Source: Eledone cirrhosa (taxonomy: Eukaryota). From it: 64,000 nt of DNA. Where the stretch lies: contig OZ024748.1 in the NCBI GenBank assembly GCA_964016885.1, forward strand, positions 59,086,001 through 59,150,000. The letters run 5' to 3'. Below the pieces are notes generated by a model that made no database searches, had not been told where the DNA came from, and worked only from the letters and a program-made list of their open reading frames with translations. A program made the translations under genes and the position numbers. This document shows, in pieces, positions 27,578 through 40,474 of the stretch. Within the stretch, counting starts at the first letter, position 1, and each line of letters begins with the position of its first letter.

Positions 27578-28717
27578 TAATGTGTTAGCGCAAAAATATT
27601 TGTGGTTCTTCACCATCAATTTTAAAAGAATATACGTCAGTTAAACATTAGTTCTGTAATTGAAATAACTTTTAGAATAAATATATATATATTGCCAATA
27701 AGAAATAAAATCGATTCCGTAATTGTAGAATTCTAGAATCGTCGAAATAATGATTTTCTTGAAGACGTTGGGAGTTGAAGAATTTCTTTGACAGGAAATA
27801 ATAGAGATATTTTGAAAAGTTTTGTCGGTTGGAAAGAGTTGCTGCAAGTCAGATGAGCGGGGAATATAGATTAGTGACCGTCCCAGTTTGTTCAGTTTAT
27901 GTAGAATTATTTACAGATGTCATTGGACGAAGAAATAGTAGTGGAAGATTCCTAAGCTGGCGACTAGACACTGATCATAACCGTTTTCTTTTGATGCAAT
28001 TTCATATTGGCAAAATATTTTCATGATTCACTTCCCTCTAGTCGCTGCATACAATCGATACGGTTGTCGCATAGAATCCATTTCTCATCACATGTTACAA
28101 TGAGATCAATGAATTAATATTTGTTGCGCACGAGGCGCAGATCAGACGTCGTAACGACGATTATCTTCATTTTCGTTTCACTCTAAGTGGATCTGCTTCA
28201 ATAATGGTGTATGGTTGGTCGCTTAACCCTTTAGCATTTACATTACTCTATATTTACTGTTGTATTTTCATGTTAAAGGCATTATCTCACATAATATCAA
28301 ATCTATGAGATTTTGATATTATACATTTTGAGAACAACACCTTTCATCTATATGAGTGGCCAGTTTAAAAAGAAAGACGAGAGAGAATTCTAGCCGGATG
28401 CAGCCAGTTTAAATGCTAAAGGGTTAAAATAACCAGAAATTCATTCATGACATTTCTGCATGTTTAAACTTCTCGTATTTTACTTCAAAATTTATAGAAC
28501 CTACATTTGATGAGATTCAACTATCTCAATGTTGATATAGTTAGCAATTTCCGCTTCTTTGTGTTTCATTTTCAGCCTGCTAGAATTTGCTCTTTTTACA
28601 TCTTTTTTGACAGCCTAAAATAAACAGGGTGAAACAGGGAAAGCAAAACCGTTAGCAGAAATCAATAGATCGAAATCTGTGCTTCGAAAAGTTTTATTAC
28701 ATGAACACAATCCAATA
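27578..28717 (-). mobile_element. Decayed Hsmar1-like mariner interrupted by a piggyBac MITE
   Basis: Minus strand near 28100-27960 reads IVTCDEKWILCDNR..KYFANMKLHQKKTVMISV, matching mariner IVTCDEKWILYDN..PKPNLHQKKVMVTVW. Degenerate TIR-like ends; the right boundary is tentative. Confidence 0.7.
28223..28427. mobile_element. piggyBac-type MITE (copy 2)
   Basis: TTAA-CCCTTTAGCATT...AATGCTAAAGGG-TTAA. Confidence 0.85.
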
Positions 28718-29164
28718 AGATTGTATACCAAAATAAGCGTCAAACAATAAACACCGCAAATACACAGTCACCATTAATAACGAATCTAACATTGAATCGA
28801 TGCACAGTATATGAATCCGTAATTTAGTTTGTGCCTTGTGTGTTTATTACACAAACACAAAATATATGTACATATATATGTGTGTGTGTAGTCAGGAATT
28901 AGCTGCTGTATCGGCAAGAATGCAGCAGTCGGACTCCGACTCTTTCCTCTTTCTAATATAGTCATATTCTACTAACCGGGGTATTGAGTACTCTGTTGAA
29001 TAAGGGTCTTACTAGTTTAATACTGGTTTAATCCTGATATATATAATGTGTGAGTGTGTGTTAGGTTATATTGGAGTTAGACACGCCCTCCTGCATTGTA
29101 ACGTTCGTAGAGTAAAATAATGTAAATCTTAACTGGTTATTCATTGTTATTTTATATATATATA

Positions 29165-29821
<657 letters not shown>

Positions 29822-29905
29822 CGCAAAATGCAAACGGAAAAAACGAAGCAAACAACACAGTACAATAAAGAAATATATTAGTTTAACACTTCATATAGTA
29901 AAAGA

Positions 29906-29943
29906 GTCTTTACGTTTCGGACACTACTCCTTCATCAGAAGAC
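29906..29943 (-). ncRNA. Minimal type I hammerhead ribozyme (PLE-type)
   Basis: Minus strand: gucuu CUGAUGA a gga guagug ucc GAAA c GUA aagac. Stem III is reduced to the palindrome ACGU. Confidence 0.75.
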
Positions 29944-31158
29944 AGAATGAGATATAAGAGATGAAATACAAAGATAGACAGTGAGAAGACGAAAAAGTGG
30001 AAAAACGATTCCGAGAAAATGTGTATGTATGTATGTTATTCTGGTTTTATAATTTCACAAAGTTTTACCAATAGAGAGAGAGTCGGTTTCTAACATAGAC
30101 ACAAGACTTGTATGTATGTATGTATGTATGTATGCATTGCTTTGTATCTGGAGATCTCTCTGCACTTGTCGTCACATGGTACCATGGGCCCAGCACTATG
30201 TGTCAGTAATTGTGACAAGTGTAGTGTTTGTACCAGAGTTTTCAAGTCGCTGGCTGGACTAAAAAGTCACAGTCGTTCAGCGCATCGGTAGGAGTTCTCC
30301 TACATGGATATAATGTAGTGGCCGTACTCGAAAACGAGTTGGCAGCTACCATGTATGTATGTATGATTGCCTACCTACCTGCATGTATGTATGTATGTCT
30401 GCCTACCTGCATGTATGTATGTATGTGTGCCTACCTCTAAGTATGTATGTATGTATGTGTGCCTACCTACTTGTATGTATGTATGCCTACCTACCTATTT
30501 GTATGTATGTATGTATGTATGTATACCTACCTACCTGTATGTATGTATGTATGTATTTATACCTACCTACCTGTATGTATGTATGTATACCTATCTGCAT
30601 GTATGTATGTATGCTAGAAAAAGTCGGGCTGGATACCCGATCGCGCAGTTAAACCACTGGGAGTGAAGGACCCCTAGCCTTTGTCAGGGCATTCTTCTAG
30701 GAGAAGGCAACTCAAGAAACTGGGATAACTCCGATATAAAACCTGCGGCTCAGTAGTTACCGATGATGTTGATCTTTTCTTCTTTTCGGGTTATAGCTAC
30801 TGTCGCTCAGAGAGTGGGATTGGCTCAGTGCACAGTCTTTCCTTACTTTAAAATATATCTTCACGCACAGGCATTGCACGATAGAATTAATAATTATTAA
30901 TAATGGTATATCGTGCAATGGCCATACTCGATAATGAGGGGGCAGCCATCGTGTATGTATATACCATATTCACACCACGACAGTTTACGTTGAGAAACGG
31001 GGACGATAAGACACAAAGCATGTTGTAGAGCATGTGCTTTCTTTCTATTAACTACTCTTCTGTTATTAACTGCTCACTGTTACCGTCTTTGTTCACGTCT
31101 GGCGATCACAGTACTGGGAAACAAGTCACGTGGAAAAAATTCACTTTTAAAAAAACAC

Positions 31159-31198
<40 letters not shown>

Positions 31199-31215
31199 AT
31201 ATGAGTTTTTCGAAT

Positions 31216-31408
31216 ATTGGTTTCTTATATAGGCACAAGGCCAGTGATTTTGGGAAAGGGAAAGTCGATTAAATCGTCCCCACTGCGTGACTGGTACTTT
31301 ATTTTATCGACCCCGTGAGGATGAAAGGCAAAGTTAACCTCGGCCGGATTTGAACTCTATGCTTCAAAGCATGGCGTCCGACCCTCTGCCGATACTGCCA
31401 ATCCACCA
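31216..31408 (-). mobile_element. SINE family A
   Basis: Near full-length reverse-complement copy. Confidence 0.8.
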
Positions 31409-32304
31409 ATAATAATATTCAATTTGTTTGCAATTATGCTGCAAACAGCCTCTTTTTAAGCCATGTCATTAGAATGACTCCGTCATTCTTGCTCTTGTAT
31501 TGGCATGTAAACAGAACTACAGACACTATTTCTATGTGATTACCCTTCATCAGTACAATATACTGCTTACCGGCCCACTGTCAGAGCTAATGAAAATATA
31601 TGATATTTTATATATATATATGTTTGTATGTATGTAAAACGTAAACAGAAATAACAACAAAAAAACGGCACAGTACATGGATGTAGGTTTTAAGGTTTCG
31701 GACGCTAGTCCTTTATCAGAAAAAAGAAAGAAAGAATATATATATATATATATATATATATATCATTACAAAAACACATGGGAGAAATATAGGAAAAAGA
31801 AAATCCCTCTTATCGGCTGTTTCTTGTGATCATTATAGTTGCAGATGCAGTTAAAACACAGGGCTATTCGTCATAAATGCATCACTACGATCCAAAGATA
31901 GCTATCCAAGATGAAAACACAACGGATGTTGGACAAATAACGCAAGAGTAAATATATTTATACCGATATGGTACAGGAAGTTGCTACAATCGAAAGCAAT
32001 ACAAATGTGAATAATTACTCGTAATGGGAATGAAGGAATGAATTAAATATTAAATTAAAGTTATATATAAATGTATAAAAGACTTGTGTAAATGTCATAA
32101 ATATAGGTAGTTGACGAGGTGAAGATGGAGCTCTATTTTCGTTTCATTTAACTGTACATTCCATGTTGCGCAAACTAGCATCACAAAGGCAATACCAATT
32201 TAATGCACGAAATTACCCACCAGTAAGGTGGATGAGGCGGTAATGATTCATGATTCAACTGACTTTTTATCTTGGGAAACTTTGAAGATTTTCTGCTGTT
32301 ATAT

Positions 32305-32593
<289 letters not shown>

Positions 32594-32719
32594 ATATATA
32601 TATATATAATATATATATATATAATATATATATATATAATATATACATATATATATATATAATATATATATATATATATAATATATATATATACATTATA
32701 TATATATATATATATATAT

Positions 32720-32783
<64 letters not shown>

Positions 32784-33000
32784 AGTTACAAAGACTGGGT
32801 TGAAAAGAGTTATATCTTTTAGAAGTGGTGGGAGAAAAATCACAATGCCTCAATAACAGAGGGAGAGAGATATGTATATGTGTGTATATATGTGTGTATA
32901 TATGTGTGTGTGTTTGTTTACTTTCATACATTTCTGTGAACCTACATACACGGATATGTATACAACTACTTATACTAACATGCATATATATATATATATA

Positions 33001-33160
33001 GTGACGAAACATAAGTCAATTGCATGAACTCATAATCCTTTATTTACTGCTATATATATTTCGATGATAGCCATTGAATGGCTCTGACCTCATCAGGCAG
33101 TTAGTCAGTTCTTAGATATGCCAGCTCTGTGTTTATAGTGTTGATGGTATCAGAGCCTTG

Positions 33161-33166
<6 letters not shown>
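33001..33166 (-). mobile_element. HHR-bearing element (copy 2 of 17365), HHR at 33046-33101
   Basis: acugc CUGAUGA gguc agagccau uca auggcuau c auc GAAA uauau AUA gcagu. Flanked by (TA)n on both sides. Confidence 0.8.
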
Positions 33167-33208
<42 letters not shown>

Positions 33209-33808
33209 TTGGTAGATTAAAAATTACTACCAGCTATATGTTCCAATATTTTTGTGTAATATTGTAAATATAATTCTAAAACTGCTTGGTTAAGTTTAAG
33301 TTAAAGACATATCATTTGCAATATTTCTCTTTTGCTACTAAAATAACTGTGTAACTAATTTTGAAGTAGGATTAATTAATGCTATAAATAATATGGCCGT
33401 GGGAAAAATGGCCCAGATGAGATTTCTGCATAGTAAATAGAAAGAGGAGGGCGCCTTATATATATCTAACGCAAACGTCAATCAGCAGTGTTTATCTGAG
33501 TAACTAAAACAATCTCTGTGGGGATTTAAATTTTTAAAACAACAAACAAGGGAGGTAAATACATTACGATCAGTTCATTGCAATTTTGGACAATATAGAC
33601 AATGCAAATAAGTGTACATCTAGTCTTTACAGACAACTGGTAAAACCTATTATAAATATTGAGTATGAATCGAAGTTGGAGCCGCAATAGAGCAGGTACT
33701 AATCGAATTATTTGAGGCAGTCACAAAACACTCAATGGAGCGAGAAATTAATACATTATCGTCCAGAACAAACACACTCGCTCTCTCTAACACACATACA
33801 CACATATG

Positions 33809-33877
<69 letters not shown>

Positions 33878-33883
<6 letters not shown>

Positions 33884-36061
33884 ATAAATGCTCTGAAATA
33901 GCGATATATATGTGAATATAGACATAGAATATTCGAAAATATTCTGTATGTTTATAATAAACATTTTGAAGACCTAATCGCTATAGAATAGAATACGTCA
34001 CGTATTACAATTAGATTCTCGATAAAAGCAAGGGAAGTAATCTACGCGTTTCATTCTTGTTAGAAATCATCAGGACTACATATCCAGTGCTTTTATCGAG
34101 AATGACACAGCTAGAGACTTATAGAATACTTAGCTGTGTACAGGAACTGGTTTGAAAGAGCGGTTGCCGGTCCGGCAGAAATTAGAAATTGGAATAAATG
34201 CTCTGAAATAGCGATATATATGTGAATATAGACATAGAATATTCGAAAATATTCTGTATGTTTATAATAAACATTTTGAAGACCTAATCGCTATAGAATA
34301 GAATACGTCACGTATTACAATTAGATTCTCGATAAAAGCAAGGGAAGTAATCTACGCGTTTCATTCTTGTTAGAAATCATCAGGACTACATATCCAGTGC
34401 TTTTATCGAGAATGACACAGCTAGAGACTTATAGAATACTTAGCTGTGTACAGGAACTGGTTTGAAAGAGCGGTTGCCGGTCCGGCAGAAATTAGAAATT
34501 GGAATAAATGCTCTGAAATAGCGATATATATGTGAATATAGACATAGAATATTCGAAAATATTCTGTATGTTTATAATAAACATTTTGAAGACCTAATCG
34601 CTATAGAATAGAATACGTCACGTATTACAATTAGATTCTCGATAAAAGCAAGGGAAGTAATCTACGCGTTTCATTCTTGTTAGAAATCATCAGGACTACA
34701 TATCCAGTGCTTTTATCGAGAATGACACAGCTAGAGACTTATAGAATACTTAGCTGTGTACAGGAACTGGTTTGAAAGAGCGGTTGCCGGTCCGGCAGAA
34801 ATTAGAAATTGGAATAAATGCTCTGAAATAGCGATATATATGTGAATATAGACATAGAATATTCGAAAATATTCTGTATGTTTATAATAAACATTTTGAA
34901 GACCTAATCGCTATAGAATAGAATACGTCACGTATTACAATTAGATTCTCGATAAAAGCAAGGGAAGTAATCTACGCGTTTCATTCTTGTTAGAAATCGT
35001 CAGGACTACATATCCAGTGCTTTTATCGAGAATGACACAGCTAGAGACTTATAGAATACTTAGCTGTGTACAGGAACTGGTTTGAAAGAGCGGTTGCCGG
35101 TCCGGCAGAAATTAGAAATTGGAATAAATGCTCATATATATCGCTATTTCAGAGCATTTATTCCAATTTCTAATTTCTGCCGGACCGGCAACCGCTCTTT
35201 CAAACCAGTTCCTGTACACAGCTAAGTATTCTATAAGTCTCTAGCTGTGTCATTCTCGATAAAAGCACTGGATATGTAGTCCTGATGATTTCTAACAAGA
35301 ATGAAACGCGTAGATTACTTCCCTTGCTTTTATCGAGAATCTAATTGTAATACGTGACGTATTCTATTCTATAGCGATTAGGTCTTCAAAATGTTTATTA
35401 TAAACATACAGAATATTTTCGAATATTCTATGTCTATATTCACATATATATCGCTATTTCAGAGCATTTATTCCAATTTCTAATTTCTGCCGGACCGGCA
35501 ACCGCTCTTTCAAACCAGTTCCTGTACACAGCTAAGTATTCTATAAGTCTCTAGCTGTGTCATTCTCGATAAAAGCACTGGATATGTAGTCCTGATGATT
35601 TCTAACAAGAATGAAACGCGTAGATTACTTCCCTTGCTTTTATCGAGAATCTAATTGTAATACGTGACGTATTCTATTCTATAGCGATTAGGTCTTCAAA
35701 ATGTTTATTATAAACATACAGAATATTTTCGAATATTCTATGTCTATATTCACATATATATCGCTATTTCAGAGCATTTATTCCAATTTCTAATTTCTGC
35801 CGGACCGGCAACCGCTCTTTCAAACCAGTTCCTGTACACAGCTAAGTATTCTATAAGTCTCTAGCTGTGTCATTCTCGATAAAAGCACTGGATATGTAGT
35901 CCTGATGATTTCTAACAAGAATGAAACGCGTAGATTACTTCCCTTGCTTTTATCGAGAATCTAATTGTAATACGTGACGTATTCTATTCTATAGCGATTA
36001 GGTCTTCAAAATGTTTATTATAAACATACAGAATATTTTCGAATATTCTATGTCTATATTC

Positions 36062-36062
<1 letters not shown>
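33878..36062. mobile_element. Retrozyme-like array: 310-bp HHR-containing unit, 4 copies (HHR on - strand) plus 3 inverted copies (HHR on + strand)
   Basis: GGAATAAATG recurs at 33881, 34191, 34501, 34811 and 35121. The inversion is at 35133/35134, and inverted units start at 35134, 35444 and 35754. (TA)n flanks both ends. Confidence 0.88.
35252..35340 (+). ncRNA. Type I hammerhead ribozyme of the 310-bp unit (also 35562-35650 and 35872-35960 on +; 34015-34103, 34325-34413, 34635-34723 and 34945-35033 on -)
   Basis: auucucgauaaaagca cuggauau guaguc CUGAUGA u uuc uaacaa gaa u GAAA c gc GUA gauuac uucccu ugcuuuuaucgagaau. Stem I has 6-bp and 16-bp segments; stem III is the palindrome ACGCGU. 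Confidence 0.85.
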
Positions 36063-36122
<60 letters not shown>

Positions 36123-36123
36123 G

Positions 36124-36304
36124 AGATGATATTCTACAGGACTAGAACTGTTTCGTTCTTTAGAAATCATCAGATTCCTGATGATTTCTAAAGAATGAAA
36201 CAGTTCTAGTCCTGTAGAATCTCATCTATATTAAAACTTTTATACTCTGCTATGTATTGAGTACCTTACTTACTGTTGTTATCTCCGATCCAACCCGGAA
36301 TAAC

Positions 36305-36306
<2 letters not shown>
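36124..36306 (+). mobile_element. Penelope-like remnant folded back at its HHR core
   Basis: Arms 36124-36173 and 36178-36227 with spacer ATTC. The right arm starts exactly at CTGATGA-TTTCTAAAGAAT-GAAAC. Confidence 0.7.
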
Positions 36307-36339
<33 letters not shown>

Positions 36340-36699
36340 CTGTTTGCGGCTTTATTATATAGAAACTACGTAATACAACTGCAGCTTGATAAGATCTGTC
36401 TTCCCTATTTGGTGGCTGTTGTTGTCCGGCTACATATGTCGAGTTTGGTTAAAGAGGTGGTCCTCGTTTGAGTTGCCGAATTTGGGGAGTTATTACGGTT
36501 AGTTTGGCAGGAGTCTTGAGTACAGATTGTGGTTTGGTTTAATGTGTTTGCTGAGTGTTTACGGACTGATTGGAACGATAACATTTGGCCGACTGAATAC
36601 GCACGTGTATGTTTCTTTCTCCCCAATTTTGTTTTTCTCATTTTACCCATTCCTCCTTCTCATCACTCTTTACTTTTTATTTATCTTCTATTTCTAACT

Positions 36700-36737
36700 A
36701 TCTTCTGATGAAAGACTAGTGTCCGAAACGTTAAGAC
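36700..36737 (+). ncRNA. Minimal type I hammerhead motif (family of 29906)
   Basis: ucuu CUGAUGA a agac uagu gucc GAAA c GUU aaga. Confidence 0.65.
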
Positions 36738-37123
36738 TCTCCTCTTGCTATTCCAAGCGTTAAACTATATTTCATCCATGTACCTTGCTGTTTGGTTTGT
36801 TATTTTTTGATATTACGTTTTTATACATACATATATATATATATGTATATGTGTGTGTGTTTATAAGTAGGGAAGAGCACTTTCGATAACATCATTTTTA
36901 TTCCGGATTTTTCGTATTCCCAATTGAGTTCTTTATGCTTCAATTGAAAAAGTAGCTTTCCTAAATCCACGTTTTTTATTAACGTTTCGAAGACGCGTGG
37001 CTCCACCTTCAGGATCAGAATTGTCATATTTGTTGCTCATTTGTGATCGTCAAGGATTATAGAAGTGATTGGACATCATAGTCGCCTGATTTCAACCGTT
37101 GAAACATGATGGTTATTATAAGT

Positions 37124-37661
37124 CAGAGGTTCTCAAAGTGGGCACTACCACTCCCGGGGTCTGCTGTGACGGTCCACGAGTGGGGCTGTGGCCTAAGGGG
37201 GTTGTGGGGGCCGTAGAGATGATCTAATAGTATATTGAATATCAAATAATACATATTATATATATAGTAAAATTTAGAAAATATATAATATTTATACATA
37301 GTATATATTATATTATTTATTATAAAAGGGCGGTGAATGGGCAGTATCAGTAGAGGGTCGGACATGCTTTCTAGCATAGTTTCATCCCTTTAAGATCTGA
37401 GTTCAAATCCCGCTGAGGTTAACTTTGCCTTTCATCCTTACGGGGTCTATAAAATAAAGTACCAGTAATGTACTGGGTAATTGCTGGCCTTGTGCCAAAA
37501 GTAGAAACAATTATATTATTTATTATAAATAAATTAATGATTTTTATTTATTTATTTACAATTTACGTGTAGGCAGGTCTCTCTGGAAATAGGGTTGAGT
37601 GGCGCTGAGGTTATTATGTGGCCATGAGGGGGCTGTGGTTTGAAACACTTGAGAACCTCTC
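37124..37661. mobile_element. hAT-type MITE with a nested SINE (37330-37512)
   Basis: TIR CAGAGGTTCTCAA / TTGAGAACCTCTC; 8-bp TSD TTATAAGT/TTATAAGA (7 of 8 match). Confidence 0.75.
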
Positions 37662-38021
37662 TTATAAGAAGTGGTTTCCCGTATGCTGTATAATATATAT
37701 AAATTGAAATAGCGCGTAGCCAAAATTCAAAGCGAAAAATTCGAAACGTTCAATCCTGAAAACTATCAAAATCCGCTGCGTGTAACCCAATATGGCAAAT
37801 CTCAGCAGATTGTGAACCGAGCGTTTTCCTTGTTCTGTACATATCTGGGGCATGTCCGGCTGGCAGAAATTATATGTCTGCATAATTTATCCGAAACCTA
37901 TAAAACGTCTCCTTAAAATAGTCAAACCAAGTATTTCTTGAATATTGTGAAATTGTCGACATCATCGCATTGAAAGTCGTTCTTGTCGACGACTAGTTTA
38001 TGCCTTATATTATGTTTCAAT

Positions 38022-38266
38022 ACGTTCTGAGTTCAAATCCGCCGAGGTTAACTTTGCCTTTCATCCTTACGGGGTCGATAAAATAAAGGACCAATAATGT
38101 ACTGGGTAATTGCTGGCCTTGTGCCAAAAGTGGAAACAATTATTAGCTTTGCCTTTCATGCTTACGAGGTCGATAACATAAAGCACCTATAACACACTGG
38201 GATCGATTTAATCGGCTTTCCCCACCGCTTCAAATTGCTTGCCTTGTGCCTAAACCAGAAACCATT
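38022..38266 (+). mobile_element. Two adjacent SINE family A fragments
   Basis: CTTTGCCTTTCAT..GTCGATAA..GCCTTGTGCC occurs twice. Confidence 0.75.
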
Positions 38267-38611
38267 GTAATTATTATTATTGCGTATGAGTTGTTCTCAT
38301 TTTGTTATCATTTGCTTAATCGAGATCAAAGATCAGTGATCAGTTTCCATGGCCAACAAACTTGGGTCCCTTTTCCGCCCGACTGAAAGAAAAGTGTTTT
38401 AGGCTATAAATCTGAGGTTATTTTCGTTTGCTGGCCTACGATTGAAATTATCAAAAGTGCAAGCTGTAAGAAAATGTGCCTACAAAATGGTGACTACACT
38501 TGCTTACCTTCCGGAAATCGCTGCACAGGCTTTTGCTAACACATAGCTCCTCTCATCAGCGTCCTCCCATCATGATACAAAAAAGCAAACATACAGTTAA
38601 AGTTTTACAAA

Positions 38612-38655
<44 letters not shown>

Positions 38656-38745
38656 GTGTATGTGAGTATGGAAGGTTTTATAGACCCATACACACAATTA
38701 TATATGTGTGTGTGAGTGTGTGTGTGGATGGACGGATGTATATGC

Positions 38746-38778
<33 letters not shown>

Positions 38779-38904
38779 TGTATATACATAGATATATATA
38801 TATATTATAAACAATATATATATGTATTAAAATTTTAATTCACACTTACTTGCATGCATATCTACATATATGCATGACACAGGCATTTATACATACATAA
38901 ATCC

Positions 38905-38944
<40 letters not shown>

Positions 38945-39304
38945 ACATATATATATAATATATGTGTGTGTATGTGTGCGCGCGCGAAACCTTAGATATA
39001 TGTTTATGATGTTTATGCACCTTCGTGTCAAACATATTATTTAAAACGAAGACATATACGGTTAAATATGCACATACGCATACGCAGTCACATAAATACA
39101 GATTCGCACACACATGCACATACAGGTGCACCTACACAGACAACACACATTCATATTGCGCAATAAATATTGAAGGGCGAATTAATGTAGAAAGAGATAG
39201 AGAGAGAGTGTGTGTGGATGGGAAAGGTGAATAGATAGATAGGTAGGTAGGTAGAGAGATAGAGAGAGGGATGTATTGATATATATATAGATAGATAGAT
39301 AGAT

Positions 39305-39825
39305 ATGTTTCTTTATTAGCCACAGGGGCACAAAAGAAGGGGACAAATACAAAAGGGGAAGTTTACATACAATAAAAACGTGTAAAATGCTATCACAAAT
39401 GCAATTTAAAAATTGATCGATTTTCCCCAATAGGGGGAGACATTACATATAGGTAACACATACCCCCGAAAAAATGTGCAACCCTCATCTTCAGGAGTAC
39501 GAAGAGCTTGTACCCCATTCCTTTCTTCCTCCTTTTCCTCAACCTACAGGCTGATATAGAGAGAAGGCCCATTCACTCAGGCCATTCTCGCTACTTTCAC
39601 CCACCTTTCATAAAACTTGCTGGGGTACAGCACCTCTCTCTCCATCCTGGGGTACAGCACCTCTCTCTCCATCCTGATTCTTCTTCCAAAGTGGTATTTG
39701 AAAAAAAGAATCAGTTGTTGGCCGGAGAGAAAGGTGTCTGCCCTCAGCCCTTTCAACCTCGTCCACCATACAACCTCTTTCGCCATAGCTATCACACAAA
39801 GGAAAACCGCCTCTCCTTCGTTTTT
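39305..39825 (-). mobile_element. Tx1/L1-like LINE 3' fragment between (GATA)n tracts
   Basis: Translation AMAKEVVWWTRLKGL..FFKYHF, homologous to 40475-40950. It has an internal 27-bp duplication. Confidence 0.7.
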
Positions 39826-40003
39826 GGATAGGTAGATAGACAGACAGATAGATGGATAGATAGATAGATGGATGGATAGATAGATAGATGGGTGGATAGA
39901 CAGATAGATGGATAGATAGATAGATGGATGGATAGATAGATAGATGGGTGGATAGACAGATAGATAGATATATTTCTTTATTTGCCAGAAGGGCGCAAAT
40001 AAT

Positions 40004-40192
40004 TGTTCTACTTATCCCAGTGCATTACTGGTACTTTATCCCAGTGCATTACTGGTACTTTATTTTATCGACCCCGTAAGGCTGAAAAGCAAAGTTAACC
40101 TCGGCGGAATTTGAACTCAGAATGGCAAGAGCCGTAACTCTATGCGTCAAAGCATGGCGTCCGACCCTCTACCGATACTGCCAATTCACCAC
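40004..40192 (-). mobile_element. SINE family A
   Basis: Reverse-complement copy with a small internal duplication. Confidence 0.8.
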
Positions 40193-40219
40193 CCGAATAG
40201 GCAGATAGATAGATAGATA

Positions 40220-40455
40220 GATTTCTGTATTTGCCACAAGGGCGCACAAGAAAAGGGGACAATACAAAGACATATGCCGGGGATTTTACATACAGTCGTG
40301 TAAAAATATTGAAACAAACAATTATAACGATCGAAATCCCTAATAGTGGGGAGGCGCCACAAATGGGTTGTTTAATACCCCGTCGATAGAACAACCCTCA
40401 ACTTCAGGAGCGTGTTGTGTAAGTGCTCCCTTCTTCCTTTTGCTCTTTTCTTTAA
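40220..40455 (-). mobile_element. Tx1/L1-like LINE 3' UTR fragment
   Basis: Homologous to the 3' ends at 39305 and 40475; GATA repeats on both sides. Confidence 0.65.
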
Positions 40456-40474
40456 CAGATAGATAGATAGATAA

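Noticed and set aside
38500-38570. CUGAUGA on the minus strand here and at about 48726
   Set aside because: No GAAA, NUH site or stem I partner at a suitable distance.
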